Assembly (NCBI RefSeq): GCF_000284455.1
Contig: NC_017039.1
Span: 3,180,001-3,212,000, forward strand
DNA from: Synechocystis sp. PCC 6803 substr. PCC-P
GTDB taxonomy: Bacteria; Cyanobacteriota; Cyanobacteriia; Cyanobacteriales; Microcystaceae
Length of the DNA: 32,000 nucleotides
Reading direction: 5' to 3'
Under the pieces are notes generated by a model. The model made no database searches and was not told where the DNA came from. It saw only the letters and a program-made list of their open reading frames with translations. A program made the position numbers and the translations under genes. This document shows, piece by piece, positions 1 to 8,596 of the stretch (positions within the stretch are counted from its first letter, which is position 1; each line of letters opens with the position of its first letter).

Positions 1-142
1 TTAGGTCTTGAATTCCTGATATGGAACCACGAAAGTTCCTCCCCCAGAGTAACCAGAAAAGAATGGTACCATTGCTTAGACGGCTCGTGCCTATAGCTTA
101 TACCAACCTTTACCTAACTCAAATTTTCGAGCTTAGCTTTCC

Positions 143-835
143 ATGACCAACGCCGCCCTAGACGATAAAACCATCGTTCGTGACTATTTTAATTCCACCG
201 GCTTTGACCGTTGGCGCCGGATCTATGGTGACGGCCAAGTCAATTTCGTGCAAAAAGACATCCGGGTGGGGCATCAACAAACCGTTGACTCGGTGGTGGC
301 CTGGTTAGTGGCGGACGGAAATTTACCTGGCTTGTTAGTCTGTGATGCGGGATGTGGGGTAGGTAGTTTGAGCATTCCCCTGGCCCAAGCGGGGGCATTG
401 GTCTATGGCAGTGATATTTCCGAAAAAATGGTGGGGGAAGCCCAACAAAAGGCCCAGGAAGTTTTGGCCTATGGCAATCAGCCCACGTTTATGACCCAGG
501 ATTTAGCCCAGTTGGGGGGTAAATATGACACAGTTATTTGTCTGGATGTGTTGATTCACTATCCAACGGAGGAGGCGTCAGCGATGATTAGCCACTTGGC
601 TTCCCTGGCTGATCGCCGTTTAATTTTGAGCTTTGCCCCCAAAACCCTGGGCTTGACGGTGTTGAAAAAAATTGGGGGACTGTTTCCCGGTCCCAGTAAG
701 ACCACCAGGGCCTATCAACATAAAGAAGCAGACATTCGCAAAATTTTGGGAGATAACGGCTTTTCCATTGCCCGTACCGGCATGACCAGTACCCGTTTCT
801 ACTATTCCCGTATTTTAGAGGCGGTGCGCTCTTAA
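143..835 (+). CDS. chlM: Mg-protoporphyrin IX methyltransferase (ChlM/BchM family)
   Basis: 230-aa ORF starting at ATG 143. N-terminal block VRDYFNSTGFDRWRRIYG and SAM-binding motif VCDAGCGVGSL are typical of ChlM. Only 6 nt separate it from the next gene. Confidence 0.9.
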   Translation: MTNAALDDKTIVRDYFNSTGFDRWRRIYGDGQVNFVQKDIRVGHQQTVDSVVAWLVADGNLPGLLVCDAGCGVGSLSIPLAQAGALVYGSDISEKMVGEAQQKAQEVLAYGNQPTFMTQDLAQLGGKYDTVICLDVLIHYPTEEASAMISHLASLADRRLILSFAPKTLGLTVLKKIGGLFPGPSKTTRAYQHKEADIRKILGDNGFSIARTGMTSTRFYYSRILEAVRS

Positions 836-841
836 GTTCCC

Positions 842-1624
842 ATGGCCATTACCCCCACCCAATTGTTGGATTGGAAGCGTCAACAACGGCCTATTGTGGC
901 CCTTACTGCCTGGGATACGGCGATCGCCTCGGTGTTGGATGCGGCGGGAGTGGAAATTATTCTGGTGGGGGATTCCCTCGGAATGGTGGCTTTGGGCTAC
1001 GAAACTACCCTACCGGTGAGCTTGGACACCATGATTCACCACACAGCGGCAGTTAAAAGGGGAGTACAAAGAGCCTTGGTGGTCTGTGACCTGCCCTTTT
1101 TGACCTATCAGGAAAGTCCAGCCCAGGCCATGGGGTCAGCGGGAAGGGTTTTGCAGGAAACCGGTGCCCAGGCAGTGAAATTAGAAGGGGGTCACCCCCG
1201 CATGGTGGAAACCGTAGCTCGACTAACGGAGGTGGGCATTCCGGTGATGGGTCATGTGGGCTTAACGCCCCAATCAGTCCATCAGTTGGGTTATCGGCAA
1301 CAGGGCCAGGACCCGGCCACAGCGGAGAAAATTCTTCATCAGGCGATCGCCTTGGCAGAGGCGGGAGTGTTTGCCATTGTTTTAGAACATATTCCTAGCG
1401 AACTAGCGGCTAGTATCACTGAGCAGTTGCCCATTCCCACCATTGGCATTGGGGCAGGGCCCCAGTGTGACGGCCAGGTTTTGGTGACGGCGGATTTACT
1501 CGGTTTGACAGTCAAACAACCGCCCTTTGCTCCGGCCTATCTGAATTTACGACATACCATTACGGAAACAGTGCATAAATTCAGTGGAGAAGTGCGACAA
1601 AGACAATTTCCCCGGCGGGGTTAG
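842..1624 (+). CDS. panB: 3-methyl-2-oxobutanoate hydroxymethyltransferase (ketopantoate hydroxymethyltransferase)
   Basis: 260-aa ORF with PanB signature blocks [18 protein letters not shown] and GHVGLTPQ. Confidence 0.9.
920..927. repeat. HIP1 octamer GCGATCGC (representative copy)
   Basis: Exact match read from the sequence, inside panB. Confidence 0.95.
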
Positions 1625-1700
1625 GGAACAAACTAAAACTTTGCCAACAGGCTGCCCAGGCTCCAGCAATGACCATAACCGATTGACTGCCGAAAAATCT

Positions 1701-2399
1701 ATGACCAAAACTGCTGTTGTTTTACTATCCGGAGGGTTAGATTCCGCCACCGTAGCGGCGATCGCCAAAAGGGAAGGGTACCGAGTTATTGCCCTTTCCT
1801 TTAACTACGGTCAACGCCATGACCGGGAATTGCGAGCGGCGGCAGACATCGTCCAAGCTCTGGGGATCCCAGAACATTTCAGCATCAACCTAGACCTGGC
1901 CCAGTGGGGAGGCTCTTCCCTGACCGATCGCCAACAAACCTTGCCCCAGACAGGGGTAGAACCAGATATTATTCCTTCCACCTATGTGCCGGGGCGTAAC
2001 ACCGTATTTATTGCCCTCGGTTTATCCCTAGCTGAAGCAAAGGGAGCCGAAGCGGTATTTTTGGGCATCAATGCCATCGACTATTCCGGCTATCCTGATT
2101 GCCGCCCCGAATATTTAGCAACCTATCAACAATTAGCAGCCCTGTCTTCCAAAGTCGGGGTAGAAGGAAGACCCATTCAATTGCTGGCTCCCCTGATTGA
2201 ATTGAGCAAAGTTGACATTGTCCATAAAGCTTTGGAATTGGGAGTCCCCATTGCCCAAACCTGGTCTTGCTACGCCGGGGGGGAAGAACCCTGTGGTCGC
2301 TGTGACTCCTGCCGTTTGCGGGATCAGGCTTTAATTGAGGCAGGGCATCCAGAACTGGCCAGTGCCAAGGGCCGTCTTTGGAGGGAAAAAGTTGACTGA
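1701..2399 (+). CDS. queC: 7-cyano-7-deazaguanine synthase
   Basis: The track ORF starts at 1584, but homology begins at ATG 1701 ([17 protein letters not shown]-loop SGGLDS). A C-terminal Zn-binding Cys cluster is present ([15 protein letters not shown]). The 1584-1700 extension overlaps the panB 3' end and looks non-homologous. Confidence 0.88.
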
Positions 2400-2560
2400 A
2401 CTCCCCCTTCTTGCTGGACGGAGAAAAGGTAATTCCCGTTCGCATTAATCAAGGTCAGCCAGGAAGCTTTGCAACCAGTACACCAGGAGCTAACCTCCGT
2501 TGGAACATCTCGGGTATATTGACCTTCATTGACGGCAGATTTGATTGGGGAAAAACAACC

Positions 2561-4078
2561 ATGGTTAAGTTAGGGCAGTTATTGGCATCGGTTCCAGAGG
2601 TGGTGGCCGCCGCCCCTTGGTTGGCCCAGGAATCGGATCGTTGCCCTGCCCTAGGGAAAATAGTGACTGGTTTATCTACCAATTCCCATGCCTGTCCCCC
2701 TGGCACTTTATTCATTGGCATGCCGGGCACCAGGGTTGACGGAGGGGAGTTTTGGTCCGGGGCCCTAGAAGCTGGGGCGATCGCCGCTGTGGTCAGTGAG
2801 AAGGCGTTGCAAAAATTTCCGCCCCAAAATGGAGAATGCGTCATTGCGGTGCCGGATTTAGTGCCGGTGTGTGCCGGCCTTGCGGCGGCCTTTTACCAAC
2901 ATCCTGCCCAAACGTTGCAACTGGTGGGAGTAACGGGCACCAATGGCAAAACGACCACCAGCCATTTGATTGAATATTTCCTCAATCAACAGCAACGGTC
3001 CAGTGCTTTGCTGGGAACCCTCTACACCCGTTGGCCTGGTTACCAAAAGACCGCCACCCACACCACCCCCTTTGCGACGGATTTACAGAAACAATTGGCC
3101 GAAGCTCTCCAGGCGGGCAATCAATACGCCGTGATGGAAGTTAGTTCCCATGCCTTGGCCCAGGGCAGGGTTTTGCAATGTGGCTTTGCCTGCGCTGTGT
3201 TCACCAACCTCACCCAGGATCATTTGGACTTCCACGGCACCATGGAAAATTATTTTGCTGCCAAGGCTTTGTTGTTTAAGGAGTCATATCTCCAAGGTCG
3301 GGCGGTGATCAACCAAGATGATCCCTACGGCCAAAGGTTAATCGATCGCCTACCGTTGGATCAGGTTTACACCTACAGCGTCAACGATAGCACTGCGGAC
3401 TTTTACACCAAGGATTTGGACTATCAACCCACCGGGGTTAAGGGCACGTTTGTTACTCCCCAGGGGGAATTTCCTTTCCTGTCCCCCTTAGTAGGGCAAT
3501 TTAACTTGGCCAATGTGCTAGCGGCGATCGCCAGTGGCCTGCACCTTGGGCTAGATCCAGCCGCCATGGTGAAGGATTTACTCGATTTTCCTGGGGTACC
3601 GGGGCGCATGGAGCAGGTACAAATCCGCCCGGATCAAGACATTTCTGTGATGGTGGACTATGCCCACACCCCGGACAGTTTGGAAAATGCCCTCAAGGCC
3701 GCCCGCCCCTTTATCCCCGGCCGCTTGATTTGTATATTTGGTTGTGGTGGCGATCGGGATCGTACCAAACGGCCTTTAATGGGCAATATTGCGGCTCAGC
3801 TGGCCGACCTAGCGGTGGTTACCTCCGACAATCCCCGTACCGAAGACCCCGAACAAATTTTGGCCGACGTAGTGCAAGGCATCAGTCTAGACATCGAACC
3901 CTGGATCATTGGCGATCGGGCCACCGCTATCCATAAGGCGATCCGGGAAGCAAAACCGGGGGACGGGGTGTTAATTGCCGGCAAAGGCCACGAAGACTAC
4001 CAGATTCTTGGCACGGAAAAAATCCACTTCGATGACCGGGAACAGGCCAGGGAAGCGTTGATTTTACGCTACAGCTAG
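2561..4078 (+). CDS. murE: UDP-N-acetylmuramoyl-L-alanyl-D-glutamate--2,6-diaminopimelate ligase
   Basis: Mur ligase P-loop GVTGTNGKTT and the DNPR motif (TSDNPRTEDP) typical of meso-DAP-adding MurE. I place the start at ATG 2561 (MVKLGQLL...). The track start at 2411 is a TTG with a 50-aa extension that is not MurE-like. Confidence 0.88.
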   Translation: MVKLGQLLASVPEVVAAAPWLAQESDRCPALGKIVTGLSTNSHACPPGTLFIGMPGTRVDGGEFWSGALEAGAIAAVVSEKALQKFPPQNGECVIAVPDLVPVCAGLAAAFYQHPAQTLQLVGVTGTNGKTTTSHLIEYFLNQQQRSSALLGTLYTRWPGYQKTATHTTPFATDLQKQLAEALQAGNQYAVMEVSSHALAQGRVLQCGFACAVFTNLTQDHLDFHGTMENYFAAKALLFKESYLQGRAVINQDDPYGQRLIDRLPLDQVYTYSVNDSTADFYTKDLDYQPTGVKGTFVTPQGEFPFLSPLVGQFNLANVLAAIASGLHLGLDPAAMVKDLLDFPGVPGRMEQVQIRPDQDISVMVDYAHTPDSLENALKAARPFIPGRLICIFGCGGDRDRTKRPLMGNIAAQLADLAVVTSDNPRTEDPEQILADVVQGISLDIEPWIIGDRATAIHKAIREAKPGDGVLIAGKGHEDYQILGTEKIHFDDREQAREALILRYS

Positions 4079-4206
4079 CATTGCAACCCCTAAGAACCTA
4101 TTGGCCAGGTTTCAGTTTGCTCCGCAAAAAGTGACCACAATGGCTGGAGACTTTTACATAGTCCTCAGCCAAAATTAGGAGCATCGGGCGGTTTTTAAAA
4201 CACGCC

Positions 4207-5871
4207 TCAACTACTTGCTACTGATTCGAAGACAGGACAATGGCCATCCGCCCTCACCTCTAATCCCATCAGGGGAGAAACGGGATTACGACAATGATAA
4301 TGCTGAAAATGTCGGCAGTTGGCACAGCAATCAAAATCTACCGGGCGCTTACTGCTTTGATTTTGTTTGAGCAATTCCCTTTGGCTGATCCCCCTTAATA
4401 CCAGTTCTTCTCCCTGCCAACGGGCTTGCACAATGCCGGTTTCGCCAAATTTGCCCCAACGGGAATTTTCTAGAATTTGCCCGTCTAAATGGATGACCAC
4501 TTCCCCCAGGTGATGAATCTGCTTATTCGGTTCTAGCTCGTGGATTTCTCCTTCATAAATCTGGGGCGGCGGGGGAGTGGGTTGTACAAATCGATCGCCA
4601 ATGGGCAGGGCCACCGCATTGCCGGCGGCGGGGGAATGGAGCTGGTAGCGACTTTGTAATTCTTCTAAACTAGTTAAGTCTTCAATATCCGAGGGTTGCC
4701 CATGGACAAACACCAAATGTTGGGGACGGAGATTATGGATCAACTGGGTCGTGTTGCGGCCATCACTATGGTCTGCCAACAGATAATCTTCCAGCTCATA
4801 TTTGGGAAACTCTTCTAGGTCTTGCCAGGCAAAGTTCACCAAACAACTGGGTAAGGTAAGCAACTGGGGCATAAATACTGTCCACAATCCCGGTAAGGCG
4901 GCGGGACTAGGCCAAAAAGCAGGCCAAGTTGTGGTGATTACTATGGATGGGGCCGATAGGGATAGTTCGCCCTGGTCATCGGTGAGGGGGCGCAGATGGG
5001 GATAAACTTTATCGTCCCAAAATAGGGGTTGGTGTTGGGCGAAATTGCGGACATTATCGGGGAGATGGTCAATTATTCCCTGGTAAGCGTCACAACCTCT
5101 GGCCACGGATTCCCCCGCCCAAAGGTTAACTTGACGCCCGGTGAACTGATGGTGGGTCCTTAGTAACTTGAGAATTTCCTGGGCTAAACCCAAGGGAGGC
5201 ACTGGCAGGAGAATATTTCTCCCCTTGGCTAGCACCGTTTCGATCGCCTGGATAAATTGTTTTTCCTGTTGACGACGGTGGGGTAAACGGCGGTTGCCAT
5301 AATGTCCTTCTAGGATCAGCACATCCGGTTTCAGACCCCGCAGGGGAGTCAAGGCCAGACCGTCTACTAACTGGAGATGGGAAAGGCAATAATCCCCGGT
5401 ATAAATCACCCGGTAAAGGCGATCGCCGTTATGGTATTCGAGCAAAATTAGGGCAGCCCCCGGTAAATGCCCTGCCGGTAATAATTCCACCGTGAGGCCA
5501 GGTAAAACTTCCTGGGGCGATCGCCAGGGTAAAACCCGACAAAATGGAGGCACAAACTCATCGGGCCAATTCAGGGGCAGTAACCGTTGGGTAACTTCAC
5601 TGGCCAGAATGGGAATGTGGGGAAATTGTTGGTGAAATTGCCACAACCCCAAACCGTGATCCCTGTGGGCATGGCTACAAAAAACCAGATCCACTGTCCC
5701 CGGATCCGCTGCCAACAATGGTGTTAAGTCTTCTAAACCACAGTCGAGCAGAATCCTATAGGGTCCCAAATGCAGTTCCAGACAAATCCCCCCATCCCGG
5801 GGACCCACTCCATAGGGAAGAAAGGATATATTGGCAAAAGCCTTGCCCTGGGTCGGCACGGAAAAAGTCAT
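4207..5871 (-). CDS. Metallo-beta-lactamase fold protein of the beta-CASP (RNase J/CPSF-like) type with a Cys-rich C-terminal extension
   Basis: 554-aa ORF. The HxHxDH motif HAHRDH is encoded at 5656-5673. Later MBL and beta-CASP-like blocks are PAGHLPGA, IYTGDY, LILEGHYG, LLPVPPLGLAQEIL and LADHSDGRNTTQLIHNLRPQHLVFVHGQP. About 130 extra C-terminal residues end in DFDCCANCRHFQHYHCRNP...DGHCP. Confidence 0.7.
   Translation of the reverse strand: MTFSVPTQGKAFANISFLPYGVGPRDGGICLELHLGPYRILLDCGLEDLTPLLAADPGTVDLVFCSHAHRDHGLGLWQFHQQFPHIPILASEVTQRLLPLNWPDEFVPPFCRVLPWRSPQEVLPGLTVELLPAGHLPGAALILLEYHNGDRLYRVIYTGDYCLSHLQLVDGLALTPLRGLKPDVLILEGHYGNRRLPHRRQQEKQFIQAIETVLAKGRNILLPVPPLGLAQEILKLLRTHHQFTGRQVNLWAGESVARGCDAYQGIIDHLPDNVRNFAQHQPLFWDDKVYPHLRPLTDDQGELSLSAPSIVITTTWPAFWPSPAALPGLWTVFMPQLLTLPSCLVNFAWQDLEEFPKYELEDYLLADHSDGRNTTQLIHNLRPQHLVFVHGQPSDIEDLTSLEELQSRYQLHSPAAGNAVALPIGDRFVQPTPPPPQIYEGEIHELEPNKQIHHLGEVVIHLDGQILENSRWGKFGETGIVQARWQGEELVLRGISQRELLKQNQSSKRPVDFDCCANCRHFQHYHCRNPVSPLMGLEVRADGHCPVFESVASS
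5419..5426. repeat. HIP1 octamer GCGATCGC (representative copy)
   Basis: Exact match read from the sequence, inside the beta-CASP gene. Another copy is at 5517-5524. Confidence 0.95.
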
Positions 5872-5932
5872 GGAAGCTTGGCGATCAGCCCTGGGGGCAA
5901 AGCAAAATCAATCACAATAACGGCGGGTAAAA

Positions 5933-6055
5933 CTAATGGGCAGAACCATTACCGTCGTACTTGTCAGTGTCGTAATAGCCATTTTTGGTGCCGAAAAATA
6001 GACATGCCAGGGTAAACACCGCTGTTAGACCAATCAAAATCAATTTGACATCCAT
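5933..6055 (-). CDS. Candidate 40-aa single-pass membrane micro-protein (not in the ORF track, which shows no ORF shorter than 60 aa)
   Basis: My manual translation of the minus strand gives ATG 6055 to TAG 5933-5935: MDVKLILIGLTAVFTLACLFFGTKNGYYDTDKYDGNGSAH. It has one about 20-residue hydrophobic segment followed by a polar Tyr/Asp/Gly tail. It lies 61 nt upstream of the beta-CASP gene on the same strand. No clear Shine-Dalgarno sequence. Confidence 0.35.
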   Translation of the reverse strand: MDVKLILIGLTAVFTLACLFFGTKNGYYDTDKYDGNGSAH

Positions 6056-6310
6056 AGAATTATGTCGCAAACAAAGCAAACGTCGCCCCCATCGTAACTC
6101 GTTTCCCCCAAGGGGAGCAGAATTTTCCTGCCATTTGCATCCCAGACCAGAGCGATGGGATTGACAACGCTGCTAGCAACAAAATTAGTAGTCAAAAAGA
6201 ACTATCTGATTTGACCCATACCAATTTTCAAGGCATGGTATAGGTGGAACTTTCCCACACCAAAGATATTGACTGTATCGATATTGGGTTGTTGCTTTAC
6301 GGTTTTTGCG

Positions 6311-7576
6311 ATGAAATTTTTTAAAATCACTACCCTGATAATTAGCCTGATTGTTCTCACTAGTTGCCAGGGCCCAGGGGTTAATGGGGACGAAGACAGA
6401 AAACAGGTGACCATCCTTGGGGTAATGATTGGGGAACAACAGGAAAAAATTGAACAAGCCCTAGCGCCCTTTACCGAAGCCACCGGCATTGAAGTGGTTT
6501 ACGAAGGCGTTGATACCTTTGCCACCACCTTACCCATTCGGGTCGACTCCGGTCGAGCTCCCGATTTAGCCATGTTTCCCCAGCCGGGATTGATGGCGGA
6601 TTTTGCCAGGGAAGGAAAATTAGTTCCCCTGGGGGAAATTCTCACCCCGGAGGAAATGACAGAGGCCTATGACCAGGCTTGGTTGGATTTAGCTGCGGTG
6701 GATGGCACCGTTTACGGCGTTTGGTATCGAGCCTCGGTCAAAAGTCTAGTTTGGTTTAATCCCCAAGAGTTTGCTGCTAATGGTTATGAAGTTCCTGGCA
6801 CTTGGGAAGAAATGATGGCCCTTAGTCAACGGCTGATTGATAAAGGCAAAACTCCCTGGTGTCTGGGCATCGAAAGTGGCAATGCTACGGGCTGGGTGGG
6901 CACCGATTGGGTCGAAGATATTATGTTACGCACTGCTAGTCCGGCAACCTATGACCAGTGGGTAGCCCATGATATTCCCTTCAACGATCGCCGGGTGGAA
7001 AATGCCCTGGATATTTTTGGCGAAATTACCCAGAACGAAAAAATGATTTACGGCGGGAAGGTGGGGGCTTTGAGCACGCCTTTTGGAGACTCTATTTTAG
7101 GATTATTTACCGATCCCCCCCATTGTTATCTACACCGCCAAGGGAATTTCATTGCCGCTTTTTTGCCGGCGGATGTGGACGATGACCAGGTTGATATTTT
7201 CCCTTTGCCCCCCATTGAAGAAGAGTATGGCTTACCCATCCTGGTGGCAGGGGATATTTTTGCCATGTTTAACGATACGCCGGAAGCTAGGCAGTTGATG
7301 GCATATTTGGCGAGCTCCCGGCCCCATGAAGTAGCCGCCACTTTAGGAGCTTATATTTCTCCCCACAAAAACATTGACCTGAATCTCTATCCCGATCGCC
7401 TGACCCGTAAACAGGCGGAAATTTTGAACAAGGCGGAGGTGATTCGTTTTGATGCGTCCGATATGATGCCGGGAGCGGTGGGCACGGGGACGTTTTGGTC
7501 TGGCATGGTGGACTACATCGGCGGCGCCGACGGTACTCAAGTTTTAAACACCATTGAAAGAAGTTGGCCCCGTTAG
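6311..7576 (+). CDS. ggtB: ABC transporter substrate-binding lipoprotein, sugar/polyol family (glucosylglycerol-binding GgtB by recalled synteny)
   Basis: Family-1 extracellular solute-binding protein. I place the start at ATG 6311 (MKFFKITTLIISLIVLTSCQG), giving a lipoprotein signal peptide with lipobox LTSC (Cys codon 6365-6367). The track start at 6269 is a TTG. Two permease genes follow. Confidence 0.8.
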   Translation: MKFFKITTLIISLIVLTSCQGPGVNGDEDRKQVTILGVMIGEQQEKIEQALAPFTEATGIEVVYEGVDTFATTLPIRVDSGRAPDLAMFPQPGLMADFAREGKLVPLGEILTPEEMTEAYDQAWLDLAAVDGTVYGVWYRASVKSLVWFNPQEFAANGYEVPGTWEEMMALSQRLIDKGKTPWCLGIESGNATGWVGTDWVEDIMLRTASPATYDQWVAHDIPFNDRRVENALDIFGEITQNEKMIYGGKVGALSTPFGDSILGLFTDPPHCYLHRQGNFIAAFLPADVDDDQVDIFPLPPIEEEYGLPILVAGDIFAMFNDTPEARQLMAYLASSRPHEVAATLGAYISPHKNIDLNLYPDRLTRKQAEILNKAEVIRFDASDMMPGAVGTGTFWSGMVDYIGGADGTQVLNTIERSWPR

Positions 7577-7606
7577 ATGCCTTAGTTACTGCTGCACTGT
7601 TGTTAT

Positions 7607-8596
7607 TTGGAGGAAAAGAAAAATTTGTTTTATCGCGTTGTTAATGTTCTGTTGGCGATCGCCATTGGTTGTGGCGGGGTAATCGGTTTGTTTTACCTTG
7701 CTAACTACGCCATTAATGCTCTGCCCAAACCTTGGAATAAAAGGATATTGCCCTGGGTGTATGTAACCCCGGCTTTACTCTTTCTGTCGGCCTATCTAAT
7801 ATTGCCCACCCTAGAGACTGTCTATTTAAGCTTTTTTGATGGGCGCTCCAGGAATTTTGTCGGATTAAAAAATTACGTTTTTGCCTTCACAGACCACACC
7901 ATGTTGGTGGCATTTCGCAACAACTTATTATGGTTAGTACTGGTCACAGGCATCAGCGTTAGTTTGGGGTTAATTATTGCTGTCTTGGTGGATAAAGTCC
8001 GCTACGAGGCGATCGCCAAGTCGATCATCTTTTTGCCCATGGCCATTTCCTTTGTGGGGGCCAGCGTCATTTGGAAATTTGTCTACGCCTACAGGCCAGC
8101 GGGGGCCGAACAAATTGGTTTGCTCAATGCCATTGTAACTAGCTTGGGCTTTGCCCCAGTGGGATGGTTAGTGGAGCGATCGGTGAACAATTTTGCCCTC
8201 ATCGCCATCATGATTTGGCTCTACACCGGCTTTTGTATGGTTATTCTTTCCGCCGCAGTGAAAGGCATTCCCGCTGATGTCATTGAGGCGGCTAGGATTG
8301 ACGGAGCTAACAGTTGGCAAATTTTTTGGCGCATTACCATTCCCATGATCCGCTCTACCCTGTTAGTAGTCAGTACTACCATGGTGATTTTAGTGCTGAA
8401 GGTATTCGACATTGTTTTTGTCATGACCGGCGGTAACCAGGGCACGGAAGTAATCGCTAGCTTGATGATTAAGGAAATGTTTAATTATCGCAACTTTGGC
8501 CGGGGAAGTACCATTGCCGTCATTTTGTTGCTGTTAATTGTGCCCGTGATGATCACCAATATTCGTCGTTTTAAAGCTCAGGAGAAATTACGTTAA
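7607..8596 (+). CDS. ggtC: ABC sugar transporter permease (MalF/UgpA-like)
   Basis: Polytopic membrane ORF with the EAA-type loop IEAARIDGANSWQIFWRITIP. There is no ATG near the start. Candidates are TTG 7607 or the in-frame TTG 7625, which lies 11 nt after GGAGG (7609-7613). The start is therefore uncertain by 18 nt. Confidence 0.8.
   Translation: MEEKKNLFYRVVNVLLAIAIGCGGVIGLFYLANYAINALPKPWNKRILPWVYVTPALLFLSAYLILPTLETVYLSFFDGRSRNFVGLKNYVFAFTDHTMLVAFRNNLLWLVLVTGISVSLGLIIAVLVDKVRYEAIAKSIIFLPMAISFVGASVIWKFVYAYRPAGAEQIGLLNAIVTSLGFAPVGWLVERSVNNFALIAIMIWLYTGFCMVILSAAVKGIPADVIEAARIDGANSWQIFWRITIPMIRSTLLVVSTTMVILVLKVFDIVFVMTGGNQGTEVIASLMIKEMFNYRNFGRGSTIAVILLLLIVPVMITNIRRFKAQEKLR

Noticed and set aside
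1-96. Plus-strand frame open from the window edge to TAG 94-96 (possible 3' end of an upstream gene), and a GGAAC/GTTCC hairpin at 23-39
   Set aside because: Only 31 codons are visible and the peptide (…LIWNHESSSPRVTRKEWYHCLDGSCL) is uninformative. It cannot be evaluated without upstream sequence.
1625-1700. Possible preQ1 riboswitch ahead of queC
   Set aside because: The 76-nt panB-queC spacer shows no preQ1-I-like hairpin followed by an A-rich tail, and the sequence gives no support.
2411-2560. N-terminal extensions in the ORF track for murE (TTG 2411), queC (1584), ggtB (6269), the kinase (10505), slt (11827), lysA (25027), uppS (22631) and the Apa-like gene (18666)
   Set aside because: In each case the extension lacks family similarity, often starts at a non-ATG codon or overlaps the upstream gene. 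An internal ATG coincides with where the conserved N-terminus or signal peptide begins.
4079-4206. Possible bidirectional terminator (GGCG-N12-CGCC around TTTTTAAAA) in the murE / beta-CASP convergent gap
   Set aside because: The stem is only 4 bp with a 12-nt loop, which is too weak to call.
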